Positions 21,887-32,120 of a DNA stretch of 39,862 nt are shown piece after piece. Position 1 is the stretch's first letter; every line of letters starts with the position of its first letter. Under the pieces are notes generated by a model that was not told the origin of the DNA, did no database searches, and saw only the letters and a list, made by a program, of their open reading frames with translations. This DNA is from Lachnospiraceae bacterium. GTDB taxonomy: Bacteria > Bacillota > Clostridia > Lachnospirales > Lachnospiraceae. The stretch is taken from NCBI GenBank assembly GCA_017624175.1, contig JAGANP010000327.1, forward strand, positions 1 to 39,862, in the 5' to 3' direction. The position numbers and the translations under genes were made by a program.

Positions 21887-22921
21887 TTAGCTTATATTAA
21901 AGTAGATCCGCCATGTGCTTGCCTGGCGTTGGTTGTCAAACATAAATTTTATCAGTAAACTGCCAGATCCGTTATTTTCGATGATCTCGTATGACGGAGA
22001 AGTAATATAAGCAACTCCGTAAATATCAAGCGCTGTCACTGCGATCTTTGTACTATCCGCAGGGAATACCGGACTATTTACGGCTACTGACCACTCATAT
22101 TTACCATCGACTTGCGTGTAGTATATCGGTGTCGCAAACACCGTTATTTTGCCCGGTTTATACATTGGTATAGGAATCCACTCTCCGGTCGGATTACCAC
22201 CCACACCATTAAGATGCATGATGTAAGTCATGCTCGTTTTGCCCGATGCAAGTATAAAGCCCCGGTGTGTACTTTGCTTGACAAACAGCATGGTCGCCCC
22301 GCCGCCATCGGTCGGCGCATCGCTCACAACCGTATCAATTAGCAGCGCCTGGGACTGGCTGGGCATGGCCGCATAGATCTCCGCTGCGGTTGCAGACTCC
22401 GTAAATCCCAACTGGGCCAGCGTGGCATAGGTCTTTATGTTCCGTTCGGATTTTATATAATCCATTATGTCACTGAGCCAACCATCATACCCGTTGGATT
22501 GCATGTACAAATCCCCGTAAGGGCTAATAATACCGCCTTCGGTGAGATCTCCGCCGGATAGAGGCATATATCCATCCAGATTGCCATTTATTGTATTAAT
22601 CGCATCTGTTACCGTGCCATCCCCGATCGCCGATATATCTGTGCTGCCAAGCAACTTCCAGAGATACCGGACATTCCGGCACATTGTGGATATCTTGCCG
22701 AATAGACTGCTGTGTGCCTCACCATTTTCCAGCACCGGCACATCCGTCCACTCGGCGGGATCTGTAGCATCTTCGCTGGTAAAGGAGACTGTATTCTCGG
22801 CAGTGTCCCCGTCTGCATCCAGTTTTCCCGCCAGGTCGTCCGCACTGGCATAATCCCCTTTGGGCTGGAACTTACCGGCCGCCCAGTCCCGGATCGTTGC
22901 AAAAATCTCGTTTACTGTCAT
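21887..22921 (-). CDS. Tail fibre-like protein
   Basis: STDISAIGDGTVTDAI and YMPLSGGDLT fibre motifs; position after tail genes. Confidence 0.65.
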   Translation of the reverse strand: MTVNEIFATIRDWAAGKFQPKGDYASADDLAGKLDADGDTAENTVSFTSEDATDPAEWTDVPVLENGEAHSSLFGKISTMCRNVRYLWKLLGSTDISAIGDGTVTDAINTINGNLDGYMPLSGGDLTEGGIISPYGDLYMQSNGYDGWLSDIMDYIKSERNIKTYATLAQLGFTESATAAEIYAAMPSQSQALLIDTVVSDAPTDGGGATMLFVKQSTHRGFILASGKTSMTYIMHLNGVGGNPTGEWIPIPMYKPGKITVFATPIYYTQVDGKYEWSVAVNSPVFPADSTKIAVTALDIYGVAYITSPSYEIIENNGSGSLLIKFMFDNQRQASTWRIYFNIS

Positions 22922-24429
22922 TATGCTACCTCCTCGTTAAGAATCGCTAATGCGTCCGCCGCCGTCATGGATCTGATGCTTGCCACCAGGGCATGATCCT
23001 CCGCTGTATAATCATTGCTAGAAAGCCCTTTGCCGGTCTCACTCGTCACATATCCGGCCAGCAGATCATCCACCTGTGCTGCAGTATAATAACCCGTCAG
23101 ATCCACAGCACTGTTACCGATAAATTCCCAGCCATTTACGGTGCCGTCCACATTTATGTACTCATTATAAATATCATTCTCGCTGCCGGACTCTTTCAGA
23201 ACCATGTATATGGTCTCTGTGGATATGTCCTCCGTAGGCAGCTCCGTGACGATGGTCCTAAACTGCCCGGTCGTGCCTATCAGAGCCATCAGGCCGTCCA
23301 GGCTTACCCCGTTACCGTTTGTGACGTCACCGGCATAGTAGGCATTGCCCTGCCAGTCTACGGTATGGATATTCTTGCGATCCGTTGCAGATGTCCCGCC
23401 GCCTACGATGTGGGCATATTTGTTCTCGGTGTCCTCCTCGTTGTACTGGCCCTGAACGTGCTGGAATTGACCAGATGCTATAGTATATTGTCCCTCGGCG
23501 TGAGCCCCAGTTCCCGATGCCTTAGTACTTAAATTTTCCGCATGTGCCCCGGTTCCTGATGCTTGAGTTGAGGCGCCCTCCGCATGTGAAAACATGTCGC
23601 CAGCTGTTGTGCCGTTTCCCTCTGCGTGAGCAAAGTCCCCGGTTGCCTTTGCATTATATCCCTCAGCATGGGCTCCGCTTCCGCTGGCGGTTGTACTTTG
23701 GCCCTCAGTGTGAGAATAGTATCCAGTTGCCTTGGTACTTAGTCCCTCCGCATGACTAGCCTGTCCACTGGCTTCCGTATTATGTCCCTCTGCATGGACG
23801 TAATTCTGAATTGCTTTTGTCAAATACCCTTCGGCGTGAGCGCAGGAGAAACTGGCGGTTGTACTTTGCCCCTCCGCATGAGCGTATGTACCGCTGGCAG
23901 TTGCACCTTGACCCTCAGCATGAGAGTATTGACCGCTGGCAGTTGTACTGCTTCCCTCGGCATGGGAATAATCTCCGGTTGCTTTCGCACCGTTTCCCTC
24001 GGCATGAGACCGGATACCACTGGCTGTAGTGCTGCACCCCTCTGCATGGGCGCTCTCGCCGCTGGCCTGCGCCCCATATCCCTCGGCATGGGAATAATTT
24101 CCGCTCGCTTTGGTACCGTATCCTCCCTCGGCATGAGCACAACTGCCGCTTGCCGTTACATGAGTGCCCTCGGCATGAGAATAATCAGCGCTCGCAACGC
24201 AGTCGTAACCGATGGTGTGGGAATTACGACCCACATCACCCGTACCCCTGGTGCCTACTGTAAGCGCATTTTTAAATCCGGCATCCTCTGATGCCAGGAA
24301 GTCTTCCAGTGCGGCCAGAACCGCATCCTGCTTATTTAAGATATCTGCCGTCACCGGAGTAGTCATGACCGGTTTGTCTACATAGCCGTCCGGGTATGGT
24401 TTGGTAAATTGTTTTTCGTATAGTGCCAT
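22921..24429 (-). CDS. Tail fibre/adhesin with YadA-head-like 14-aa repeats
   Basis: 17 ASGxx(S/A)HAEG-type units plus degenerate flanking units; C-terminal GKGLSSNDYT fibre motif. Confidence 0.8.
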   Translation of the reverse strand: MALYEKQFTKPYPDGYVDKPVMTTPVTADILNKQDAVLAALEDFLASEDAGFKNALTVGTRGTGDVGRNSHTIGYDCVASADYSHAEGTHVTASGSCAHAEGGYGTKASGNYSHAEGYGAQASGESAHAEGCSTTASGIRSHAEGNGAKATGDYSHAEGSSTTASGQYSHAEGQGATASGTYAHAEGQSTTASFSCAHAEGYLTKAIQNYVHAEGHNTEASGQASHAEGLSTKATGYYSHTEGQSTTASGSGAHAEGYNAKATGDFAHAEGNGTTAGDMFSHAEGASTQASGTGAHAENLSTKASGTGAHAEGQYTIASGQFQHVQGQYNEEDTENKYAHIVGGGTSATDRKNIHTVDWQGNAYYAGDVTNGNGVSLDGLMALIGTTGQFRTIVTELPTEDISTETIYMVLKESGSENDIYNEYINVDGTVNGWEFIGNSAVDLTGYYTAAQVDDLLAGYVTSETGKGLSSNDYTAEDHALVASIRSMTAADALAILNEEVA

Positions 24430-24431
24430 GG

Positions 24432-25724
24432 TTAATCCTCCTCTACTTTCAGAGCAATGTCATAGATGACATTTTCAACGGTTCCACTGCTTAAGTCGAC
24501 CTCATACGTATCTATATATCCAACAGGGAGGTTATTTTTATTCAAACATAATTTATTTCCCCTAATAAATATGCCCCGACAAGTTTTCGAAACGCCAAGG
24601 TTTTCGTGGTAAATGTCATCAGGCAATGCAAATTCAACGCAATCACTCTCTAGGCTTTGCATGAAAGCACATAGTCGACTATCCGCATAATCGACTATAA
24701 AACCATCCGTAAGAGGGTATAAGTCTTTAGGTTCCTGAGGTAGTCTTTTTTCTACAAATCTTCCATTTCTATATTCTAATAAAATCCATTTTTTATACCC
24801 TTTACTATTGTCATGTGCATACAAGAGCATGATTATTGCATTTGTTCTCTGTATATAAATGCTTTCATATATAAGCGCTGTGTATTTTGCATCATGCATA
24901 TCACCTGATTTTCTCAAATCCTCCTCGTAATATTTCGTTATGTCATAATAAATATTGTATTTTTCAGTAAAATTCATATTTAGGCATTTAAATATTGGTA
25001 TTCTTAATCTTTTCCCCTTGGCATAATCTTCATAGCTGCATTCTAGCGCAGAACCGTTGCTTTGATATGTAAGTAATAACTCGCTCCCCATTATATATAA
25101 CGCACTATAGGCGCAGTTCTCCGTTTCTGTATTGATCTCTGTCCGATGTATACCGGTACCATCAAGAGAGTTTTGAAAAATATGCGTCACGGAGTACGAC
25201 TCGGAATCCGCAAAGCAATAACCCATTTCGCTGCTGTAAAAATTAGTTCGCATGTTCTTTGACAATCCGGATTTACCAAAATCCATAAATAATGCATTAT
25301 ACGATGTATCAACAGTGCCTAATTCGTTTATAAGCTGCACTTTTATAGTTTGATATTCAGCGACCTTTGCCGTGCCATACGCATAGGTATTATTTTTTTC
25401 CTGATATATTCCATCCGAATCTGCATAGAACCGTTCTATATCCAACCGGTTTGACATACCCAACACTGATGGGTATTCTGTCAACTTATCCAAAGTTTTC
25501 CCAAACAGAAAGCACCACGCCCGGTTACCGTAACTATTTATATCTGATCCTATAGCATAATACATTCCGCCATAATATGTGATGTGATCTATCTGGATTT
25601 TTGGATCCGCCAGCTTCCAGATACATTCCCCATTCAGCCAGGCCTCCTTGATCTGCGCCCCCTCAGCCGCCAGGATTTCAGTATTCATTCCGTCTATGTA
25701 AATATCAGAATAAAGTGTTCCCAT
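24432..25724 (-). CDS. Hypothetical tail-associated protein, candidate receptor-binding module
   Basis: 430-aa ORF; Tyr-rich, AT-rich body behind a short GC-richer N-terminus. Confidence 0.6.
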   Translation of the reverse strand: MGTLYSDIYIDGMNTEILAAEGAQIKEAWLNGECIWKLADPKIQIDHITYYGGMYYAIGSDINSYGNRAWCFLFGKTLDKLTEYPSVLGMSNRLDIERFYADSDGIYQEKNNTYAYGTAKVAEYQTIKVQLINELGTVDTSYNALFMDFGKSGLSKNMRTNFYSSEMGYCFADSESYSVTHIFQNSLDGTGIHRTEINTETENCAYSALYIMGSELLLTYQSNGSALECSYEDYAKGKRLRIPIFKCLNMNFTEKYNIYYDITKYYEEDLRKSGDMHDAKYTALIYESIYIQRTNAIIMLLYAHDNSKGYKKWILLEYRNGRFVEKRLPQEPKDLYPLTDGFIVDYADSRLCAFMQSLESDCVEFALPDDIYHENLGVSKTCRGIFIRGNKLCLNKNNLPVGYIDTYEVDLSSGTVENVIYDIALKVEED

Positions 25725-25725
25725 G

Positions 25726-27051
25726 TCATTTCCTCACAAAATAAATCACGCCCGCTTCGTAGCTGGCAGGCAGCTCATCCACGATCCGGTACCAGGACTG
25801 CAGCTTCTCGTCCAGCTCTGCCCGGCTGTAGGTGTAGTCCTTGACAGCGTTCTCGGCATTCTGGCGGGTTTCCAGCTGGGTCTGCAGATCGGTTATAAAC
25901 TCGGTCTGGTATTCTTCACCTTCGGCAGAATATTCATCCTTAAGTGCCTGTATCCCCGATAATGTCCGGCTGAACACATAAAACTGTTTGTCAGCATACA
26001 CGTCCGTCCCGTCCTCTGCCGATGCTTCGAAATCATAGGCCACATAGCTGACAATGTCCTTTCCACATTCCACCCACGGATACCCGTTATTTACAGCAGT
26101 AAACGGTATGTAACTTATTCCCTGCACATTCGGATATATATTCTGTGCAATCTGCAGCAACTCATCTGCTGACTTGCCGTAGGTAAACATGTTTCCTTGT
26201 ATGATGTAGTTATTATTTCCGGCGCCATACACAACCCCCTCTTCACTGTCTGTTTGTCGGATTGTCAGTTTATCGACTGGCTTAACGCTGTACTCCTCAT
26301 AATTAACCGACTTGTAAAAAGAAACACTCTCAGGATTGTATTCTCCGCCACTTCCAGCACCAACGCCCGGATAAAAAGGTGGGTATAAGGTAAGTCCCGG
26401 ATAGGCTCCATCATCCCCTTTTATTTCTGGTAATATCCTATATTCAAACTTTCCCTCCCGATTAATGATGCCGAATGCTCCATTTATCTGACATATCGCT
26501 TTAATTACATTGATTGCCTGCAGAGATGTCGGAGCATATTCTTTGTTGATCGTTACTGCGTCATTCGGCAGGCTCCGCTCTTCCTGCGATATACCAAGCA
26601 CTCCGAAAAGACTATCCCGAAGCACTTTAAGAGTGACCGGAAATGCCAAAGCATTATACCAGGCAGATACATCCGTATTGCCTTTAGTGTAAAGGACATC
26701 ATAAGCCACGATCTCCTTAATCTGCTTATTGGCTTGCATTGTCACCGTATCCACAATGCCGCTGAACAGGTTTATCGGCTCATCTTCCGTGCCATCCGTA
26801 TATATTGTAACGACTATTTTTTGGCCCTTTATATCTGTTTTAAGGCCATGCGTCTGGATACTGAATTTGCTTGCGATACATCCTACAAACTCAATACTGT
26901 CACTCTCCAGGATAGACTCTGAGAGTTGCATTGTCTCATAGTCTATCTGGTCGGTGCTGATTTCCGCTCCAAGTTCCGGAAAAGACAGGGTAACATGCTT
27001 TGTAATACTGCCAGATTTATATGCACTTTTTACATTATCTGATACCTTCAT
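25726..27051 (-). CDS. Tail tip / baseplate hub-like protein
   Basis: Position after the Dit-like gene; FVGCIAS, ICQINGAFGIINREGKF. Confidence 0.65.
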   Translation of the reverse strand: MKVSDNVKSAYKSGSITKHVTLSFPELGAEISTDQIDYETMQLSESILESDSIEFVGCIASKFSIQTHGLKTDIKGQKIVVTIYTDGTEDEPINLFSGIVDTVTMQANKQIKEIVAYDVLYTKGNTDVSAWYNALAFPVTLKVLRDSLFGVLGISQEERSLPNDAVTINKEYAPTSLQAINVIKAICQINGAFGIINREGKFEYRILPEIKGDDGAYPGLTLYPPFYPGVGAGSGGEYNPESVSFYKSVNYEEYSVKPVDKLTIRQTDSEEGVVYGAGNNNYIIQGNMFTYGKSADELLQIAQNIYPNVQGISYIPFTAVNNGYPWVECGKDIVSYVAYDFEASAEDGTDVYADKQFYVFSRTLSGIQALKDEYSAEGEEYQTEFITDLQTQLETRQNAENAVKDYTYSRAELDEKLQSWYRIVDELPASYEAGVIYFVRK

Positions 27052-27061
27052 GCATTACCTC

Positions 27062-27460
27062 TTAATATTCGATAAACGTCCACTGCATTTCACCGTATTG
27101 TTTCACCCCAGATTCATCAACTTCTGTCCTCCTAAACTGCAGGCTGGGATCCAGATAGAAATGCCCTGTCTTATATGTACCGGTCTCGTCATCATAGTAT
27201 GTGCATTGTGCATCACGCTCTCTGAAACTGATATAGTTACTGATAAGGGAGTCCAGGATAGACCGCATCTCTGCGCCGCTCATCTTACGTGTTGTAAACT
27301 GGATCTGTGTCTTGGTATGAGACAACACATTTCGGTGGGTCACACCATATCCGTCCGTATAAGAATCCAGATCCTGCCGTTGATTAGGAGCGATGTCAAA
27401 TGTGTCTCGTTTTATATATTTACTCGGAAATTCGAAATTGCCAAACTTAAACAGTAACAT
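27062..27460 (-). CDS. Distal-tail-like protein
   Basis: 132 aa directly after tape measure; D..G..HR...FIEY ending. Confidence 0.6.
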   Translation of the reverse strand: MLLFKFGNFEFPSKYIKRDTFDIAPNQRQDLDSYTDGYGVTHRNVLSHTKTQIQFTTRKMSGAEMRSILDSLISNYISFRERDAQCTYYDDETGTYKTGHFYLDPSLQFRRTEVDESGVKQYGEMQWTFIEY

Positions 27461-27468
27461 AACCGCTC

Positions 27469-30400
27469 CTATCCAAACGCAGGACTTCCTGTCTGCTTCT
27501 TATACTCTCTGGCCTGTTTCCGCATTGCCCGCAACAGTTCCCGGCCGTCAACCTCAACAACAATATCACCACTCTGATTATCCCCGCCGATCAGGCCCGC
27601 CTGTATCGCCTCTGCCAGCACTTCACCCAATGCCTGCTTCATTGTGGATATAGGCGATACAATCTCCGGCTCTTTCTTGTTATCGCCAAGCACAGCCATA
27701 AATTCTTTGTTGGGCGGCACAACGGTTCCGGTGGCCAGTCGGGGAATGGTTACCTGCTTTAGTTCCGGTATGTTAAAGCCAAATGTTTTACCACCCAGCC
27801 CAGGAATCCAATCAGGGATGTCAAAACTCAGATTATTTAAGGCTCCTATCACAACATTGATTCCCTTAACCACACCATTTGCCAGGGATTCCACTACTCC
27901 TAATATTCCATTGACAATTCCTTTAATAGCTCCCCATACTCCATCAAAGATCTTCACGATACCGTCCCAAGCTTTTTCCCAATCCCCTGTAAAAATACCA
28001 ACCAGAAAATCAAGAATACCACCAATCACATCCATAATCCCGCCGATAATATCTGCCACCATTCCGACTGCAGCAAAAACGGCTTTCACGATGCCGTCAA
28101 GAATAGGTAATAATACCGGGAGTACATTCTCTATAATCCAATCAATAAATGGCTTCACCTGCTCTTCCCACAGGGCTTTCAGGTAATCAGCAACACTGCC
28201 CAGCATCTCCAGAAACTTATCAATCATAGGCTGGATATGCTCTTGCCATAGTGCATCAAAGTTTGCTGCCCACTCGTCAAGCACCGGCTGGACGCTATTA
28301 TTCCAAAACGACAAAAATTTGCCGACAGTATCTGATAGTCCGCTGGCCAGAGAATCAAAAAACGGCTTAAAATGCTCCTCGTACACCTCATTGAGTTTTG
28401 CAAAGGTATCATCAATTCCCTGCTTTATCGTCCCTGTCACCTCTGACAGGACGCCCCAAAAGCCCTCCAGTGCTGTACGGAACGCCTCTTTATTCTCCAC
28501 AAACGGCTGTATAAAGATGCCAGCAATATCCCGGGTCAACTCCCAGGCAAGTTCCGTCACCCCCATAAATGCACTGCCAAATATCCCGATAATGTTTGCA
28601 GTCAGTTGCTGGCCATTCTTACTTGAGAAAGCCTCAAATACGTACGCAATCGAATCAAACAATTCGGAGAATAAGTCGTTTATCTCGCTCCATATGTCAA
28701 ACATGGACACAAGGTATTCCTTGATATCTCCGCTGTTTTGCTCAAGATATTTAGAGAGACCACCAAGAATGTTATCTGCGATAGTCAGACCGATACTTGC
28801 TGTGGCTCCCGTTAGGCTACCAAGCATATATGATACTGATTGTGCCCATCCATCGGCTGATGATAATACCGCAGGATCCGTAAAGATATCTATCACGCTG
28901 TCCTTAATGGATGTTATGCTTTCTTTTACAGATTCCCAGCGATATTCCCAGTCTCCAAGTCCATTCCCAAAACCTTGGGAAAAAGCATCTTTCAACTTCC
29001 GGACACATTCAACGGCGGATTGCAGTTGCTCTTTGATTCTATCCGTAAAATCCAATACAGAGGAATCAATCGGAACCTCCTCAAACATTGTCCCGCCAGA
29101 AGTTTCTGACTCGCTGCCACCGGAACTCAAGTTATTAAGTTTATCCAGGGAACTTAGCTGCATGTTGCTGGCTTCACTCTCATCCTCCAGAGCATCCGTA
29201 GTCTGCTTAACAGCCTTGGTATACTTTTTCTGGCCAGTCGCTGCGGCCACAAACTGGCCAAACAAGTCAAATAATCTGGTCAGATATTCAATGGCCCGCT
29301 GAATATACGGGATTGCAAACTCCACCAATGGACTAAATGCTGCCGCAATGGAATTTTTTAATGTAGAAAGGCTTGCTTTCAGGCTATCCACCATGCCCTT
29401 AAAATTAGCATTCTCGCTATAGAAATTCTGGAATCCCTCCTGCATCCCCGAGATCATGGCCCTGAACGCCTTACTAATCTGCTGGAAGATAAGTAGAGAC
29501 AGCGCAAGTTTTTTTAACCGTGAGAACATAGAGGAGAGTAGCCCATTCGACTTCTTTACAGACTTTCCCACCTTGTCCATTGATTTTTTAGCAGTGTCTC
29601 CCAGTTTCCTATAACTCTCTTTTGCCCGGTTGACGCTGTTACTATAGTCCTTTATCTCACTATTAAGAGCGGCAAGTTCTTGCTGCTTACTGTCATAGTC
29701 CTGATATCCGGCAGTAACACCGGCGGCCTCCAGATCCTTTATCTCCGCAAGCAGCTGCTTGCGTCTCTCCAGCACATCAACTATGTGCTGGTTATTGACC
29801 ACGGCACTATTTCTGATCCCTGCAAGACGTTCCTCTTCTGCCGCTTCGGCATCAATTTTAGCCTGCCGCTCGGCCTCCTTGGCCTGGAGCTTTGCTTCGT
29901 TCTCTATCTCTTTCTGGATCCGGGCATTCTCTTTCTGTAGAGCTTTTTCTGCCTGCTCTTCTGCCCGGCGCTGTGCTTCTGCCTGCCTTTCAGCTTCTAT
30001 TCTGGCTCTTTCGGCTTCTTTGGCCTGCCCGGCTTCTGTCTGCCTATTCAGCCGAGACTGATACTCTTTTAGGGCCTCGGTGGTATTCTTCCAAGCAATG
30101 TAAGTCTGATCGTACTCCTCGTATCCCTCCCCGACACCAGCCTTTTCCAGATCCTTTAGCTGGCCTACAAGGGCTTTTTGTCTTTCGAGCAGGGCAACAG
30201 TCTTTTCATCCGATACGGTAGCATTATTTTTAATCTCAGACAGCCGATTCTCCTCTGATGCCTGTTCCTGCAGTACTTCCCGCACCGCAGCGCTTTGCTG
30301 GTTGAGTTCGTTACGGTAAGCCTTGACGGCATCGGAAGCATTCTTCCAGGCAAGATATACCTGATCAAAGTCTTCGTCCCCGAAATACTTTCCCTGGCTC

Positions 30401-30702
30401 TCCAGTTCTTTCAGGGTTTTGGCATATTCATCAACATCAACCTTGAGCATATTCCAATGCTCAAGGTTGAATTCAATATCCGGCTGAGTATTTCCGAATG
30501 TTTCAAACTCTTTCTGCGCTTTCTCAAGAGATTTTGCATATTCAATATAGGCAGGAGATGTTTTGCTCCCCCCGGCTTCCAGAAAACTTTTCTGAGCATC
30601 TTTTAGATTCTCTATTTCTTTTTGGATCTCCGCAACATCTTTCTTGATGCCGGAGGTCTCGATTTTTGTGTTTATTCTTATACTTCCATCATATTCTGCC
30701 AT
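27469..30702 (-). CDS. Tail tape measure protein
   Basis: 1077 aa; MAEYDGSIRINTK start; W/F-spaced helical repeats; IPRLATG...VLGD...PEIVSP. Confidence 0.92.
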   Translation of the reverse strand: MAEYDGSIRINTKIETSGIKKDVAEIQKEIENLKDAQKSFLEAGGSKTSPAYIEYAKSLEKAQKEFETFGNTQPDIEFNLEHWNMLKVDVDEYAKTLKELESQGKYFGDEDFDQVYLAWKNASDAVKAYRNELNQQSAAVREVLQEQASEENRLSEIKNNATVSDEKTVALLERQKALVGQLKDLEKAGVGEGYEEYDQTYIAWKNTTEALKEYQSRLNRQTEAGQAKEAERARIEAERQAEAQRRAEEQAEKALQKENARIQKEIENEAKLQAKEAERQAKIDAEAAEEERLAGIRNSAVVNNQHIVDVLERRKQLLAEIKDLEAAGVTAGYQDYDSKQQELAALNSEIKDYSNSVNRAKESYRKLGDTAKKSMDKVGKSVKKSNGLLSSMFSRLKKLALSLLIFQQISKAFRAMISGMQEGFQNFYSENANFKGMVDSLKASLSTLKNSIAAAFSPLVEFAIPYIQRAIEYLTRLFDLFGQFVAAATGQKKYTKAVKQTTDALEDESEASNMQLSSLDKLNNLSSGGSESETSGGTMFEEVPIDSSVLDFTDRIKEQLQSAVECVRKLKDAFSQGFGNGLGDWEYRWESVKESITSIKDSVIDIFTDPAVLSSADGWAQSVSYMLGSLTGATASIGLTIADNILGGLSKYLEQNSGDIKEYLVSMFDIWSEINDLFSELFDSIAYVFEAFSSKNGQQLTANIIGIFGSAFMGVTELAWELTRDIAGIFIQPFVENKEAFRTALEGFWGVLSEVTGTIKQGIDDTFAKLNEVYEEHFKPFFDSLASGLSDTVGKFLSFWNNSVQPVLDEWAANFDALWQEHIQPMIDKFLEMLGSVADYLKALWEEQVKPFIDWIIENVLPVLLPILDGIVKAVFAAVGMVADIIGGIMDVIGGILDFLVGIFTGDWEKAWDGIVKIFDGVWGAIKGIVNGILGVVESLANGVVKGINVVIGALNNLSFDIPDWIPGLGGKTFGFNIPELKQVTIPRLATGTVVPPNKEFMAVLGDNKKEPEIVSPISTMKQALGEVLAEAIQAGLIGGDNQSGDIVVEVDGRELLRAMRKQAREYKKQTGSPAFG

Positions 30703-30757
30703 AAAATGCCTCGTAACTTTTTCTGGTTAGCGGCTTGCCTCATTCGCAAGTCGGTTA
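30703..30757 (-). promoter_or_regulatory. Leader RNA motif copy before the tape measure gene
   Basis: AACCG-ACTTGC-loop-GCAAGC-CGCTAACC. Confidence 0.55.
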
Positions 30758-30772
30758 AATATCTTCAACTCT

Positions 30773-30850
30773 ATTTTACAATAATATTAAACGGATTTTG
30801 TACCATCTTTAACCGCAAAAAAAGAACGCCCTATGCAGAGCGTTCTTTTC
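30773..30850 (-). promoter_or_regulatory. Terminator plus putative phage late promoter, copy 1
   Basis: GAACGCTCTGCATAGGGCGTTC-T7 then ATGGTACAAA-N16-TG-TAAAAT. Confidence 0.7.
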
Positions 30851-30855
30851 TTGTG

Positions 30856-31380
30856 TTATTGTGAAAATTTGCAATACGCTGTACTCATTTTTACCAAATC
30901 TTTTGTCTGATACTTTGCATATATCTCCTGAATGGAATCAAAATATGCATCCTTATCAAATGGCTGCATCTTTTTTTCCATTGCCGCCCCGAACAGTTTT
31001 TTAGTAAAGTCGCTTGATAATCCGAGTAACCGCATATGCTTTATTCGTCCGGTTGCCGTATCCACCAGTATCACGGTCAATGCTAATCCCTCACCGCTCT
31101 CTGGCAGCTGATACCTTGTAAGCTCTGGAGACAAATGCGGCGTGTACGGAGCGTCCATCCAATTCAGGGATCCAATTTTCATTGTCAGCATAATGACATT
31201 TTGCAGATCCACCATGCGGATTTCAAATCTCTCCCCGGCTCTAAATTGCTCAATTTCTTTTTGCGCTGGATCCTGGAAAAAGACTATTAGGGTCCCACCC
31301 GCATCTGATAAATCAAACTTTACGCACTCATCGTGCCCTATAAAAGACTCTACTACCTGTCCAATTTTATATTCCGTCAT
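30856..31380 (-). CDS. Hypothetical protein (moron cassette)
   Basis: 174-aa ORF with AAGGAGG RBS. Confidence 0.75.
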   Translation of the reverse strand: MTEYKIGQVVESFIGHDECVKFDLSDAGGTLIVFFQDPAQKEIEQFRAGERFEIRMVDLQNVIMLTMKIGSLNWMDAPYTPHLSPELTRYQLPESGEGLALTVILVDTATGRIKHMRLLGLSSDFTKKLFGAAMEKKMQPFDKDAYFDSIQEIYAKYQTKDLVKMSTAYCKFSQ

Positions 31381-31395
31381 CTTATTAATCCTCCT

Positions 31396-31893
31396 TTAAT
31401 AATGGTACCGTAATGTCTCAATGATTGTACCCGCATCACTCTCGGTCAGGCATAAATATGCATCAGCCAATCTGCGTGTACGCTTAAAACCCTCTGCCAG
31501 TACTATGTTATCATCCTCATCATACGTTAAGCCAGAGGATTTTGCAAGAGCCTTTTTTTCGGCTTCTTCCATTGTTTTATATTTTGCAGTGATCTCCTGA
31601 ATTTGTTTAATCTCTGAATCGTGTCTGCTGACGTACCTTGCCCGGAGTTTAGATGCATAATCAATCTGTTTATCCGATTTACCGGAAATTACGGGTAACT
31701 CATACTCCGCAGCTTTAGCGGCTTCCTGGGCTTCTTGATCTGCTCTGTAGCAGTCTATACACAGTGTGTAAGGCTCGACTGATTTTGCCCACTCTGCCCA
31801 ATGATCTGCGTCCTTACCGCTGCGAAAATACTTAACTTTGTCGAAGTCACGCCCGCACTGCTCACATTTACACCTAATTGTTGCCTTTGCCAT
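31396..31893 (-). CDS. Hypothetical zinc-finger protein (moron cassette)
   Basis: CKCEQC...CIDC; GKSDKQIDYA motif; AAGGAGG RBS before ATG 31893. Confidence 0.7.
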   Translation of the reverse strand: MAKATIRCKCEQCGRDFDKVKYFRSGKDADHWAEWAKSVEPYTLCIDCYRADQEAQEAAKAAEYELPVISGKSDKQIDYASKLRARYVSRHDSEIKQIQEITAKYKTMEEAEKKALAKSSGLTYDEDDNIVLAEGFKRTRRLADAYLCLTESDAGTIIETLRYHY

Positions 31894-31904
31894 ACTATCC
31901 CTCC

Positions 31905-32120
31905 TTAATCCATACAATCTTGCTCCCCCGGCGTAAAGCCGGGAAGACTGCCTTGCTCAATATCGTACCGTACAACACGCTCTAAGAGATACGGTACATA
32001 TGCTCCCGGGTGCCGTTTTTCGGCGATCCAGTCTTGCAGCGTTCTGATTGGGATTTTATACGCCCGGGCAAAAGCCGCTTGAGATAACCCGGAAAGTTTT
32101 ACGATCTCTTCTATCGTCAT
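31905..32120 (-). CDS. Small HTH DNA-binding protein
   Basis: SGLSQAAFARAYKIPIRTLQDW; ATGA overlap with the upstream gene. Confidence 0.85.
   Translation of the reverse strand: MTIEEIVKLSGLSQAAFARAYKIPIRTLQDWIAEKRHPGAYVPYLLERVVRYDIEQGSLPGFTPGEQDCMD

Noticed and set aside
23450-24230. Periodic ~42-bp repeats resembling a CRISPR array
   Set aside because: Coding repeats with synonymous variation; no invariant repeat-spacer structure and no cas genes
21887-25724. Diversity-generating retroelement or invertible tail-fibre cassette
   Set aside because: No reverse transcriptase, invertase, template/variable repeat pair or inverted gene copies seen in the window
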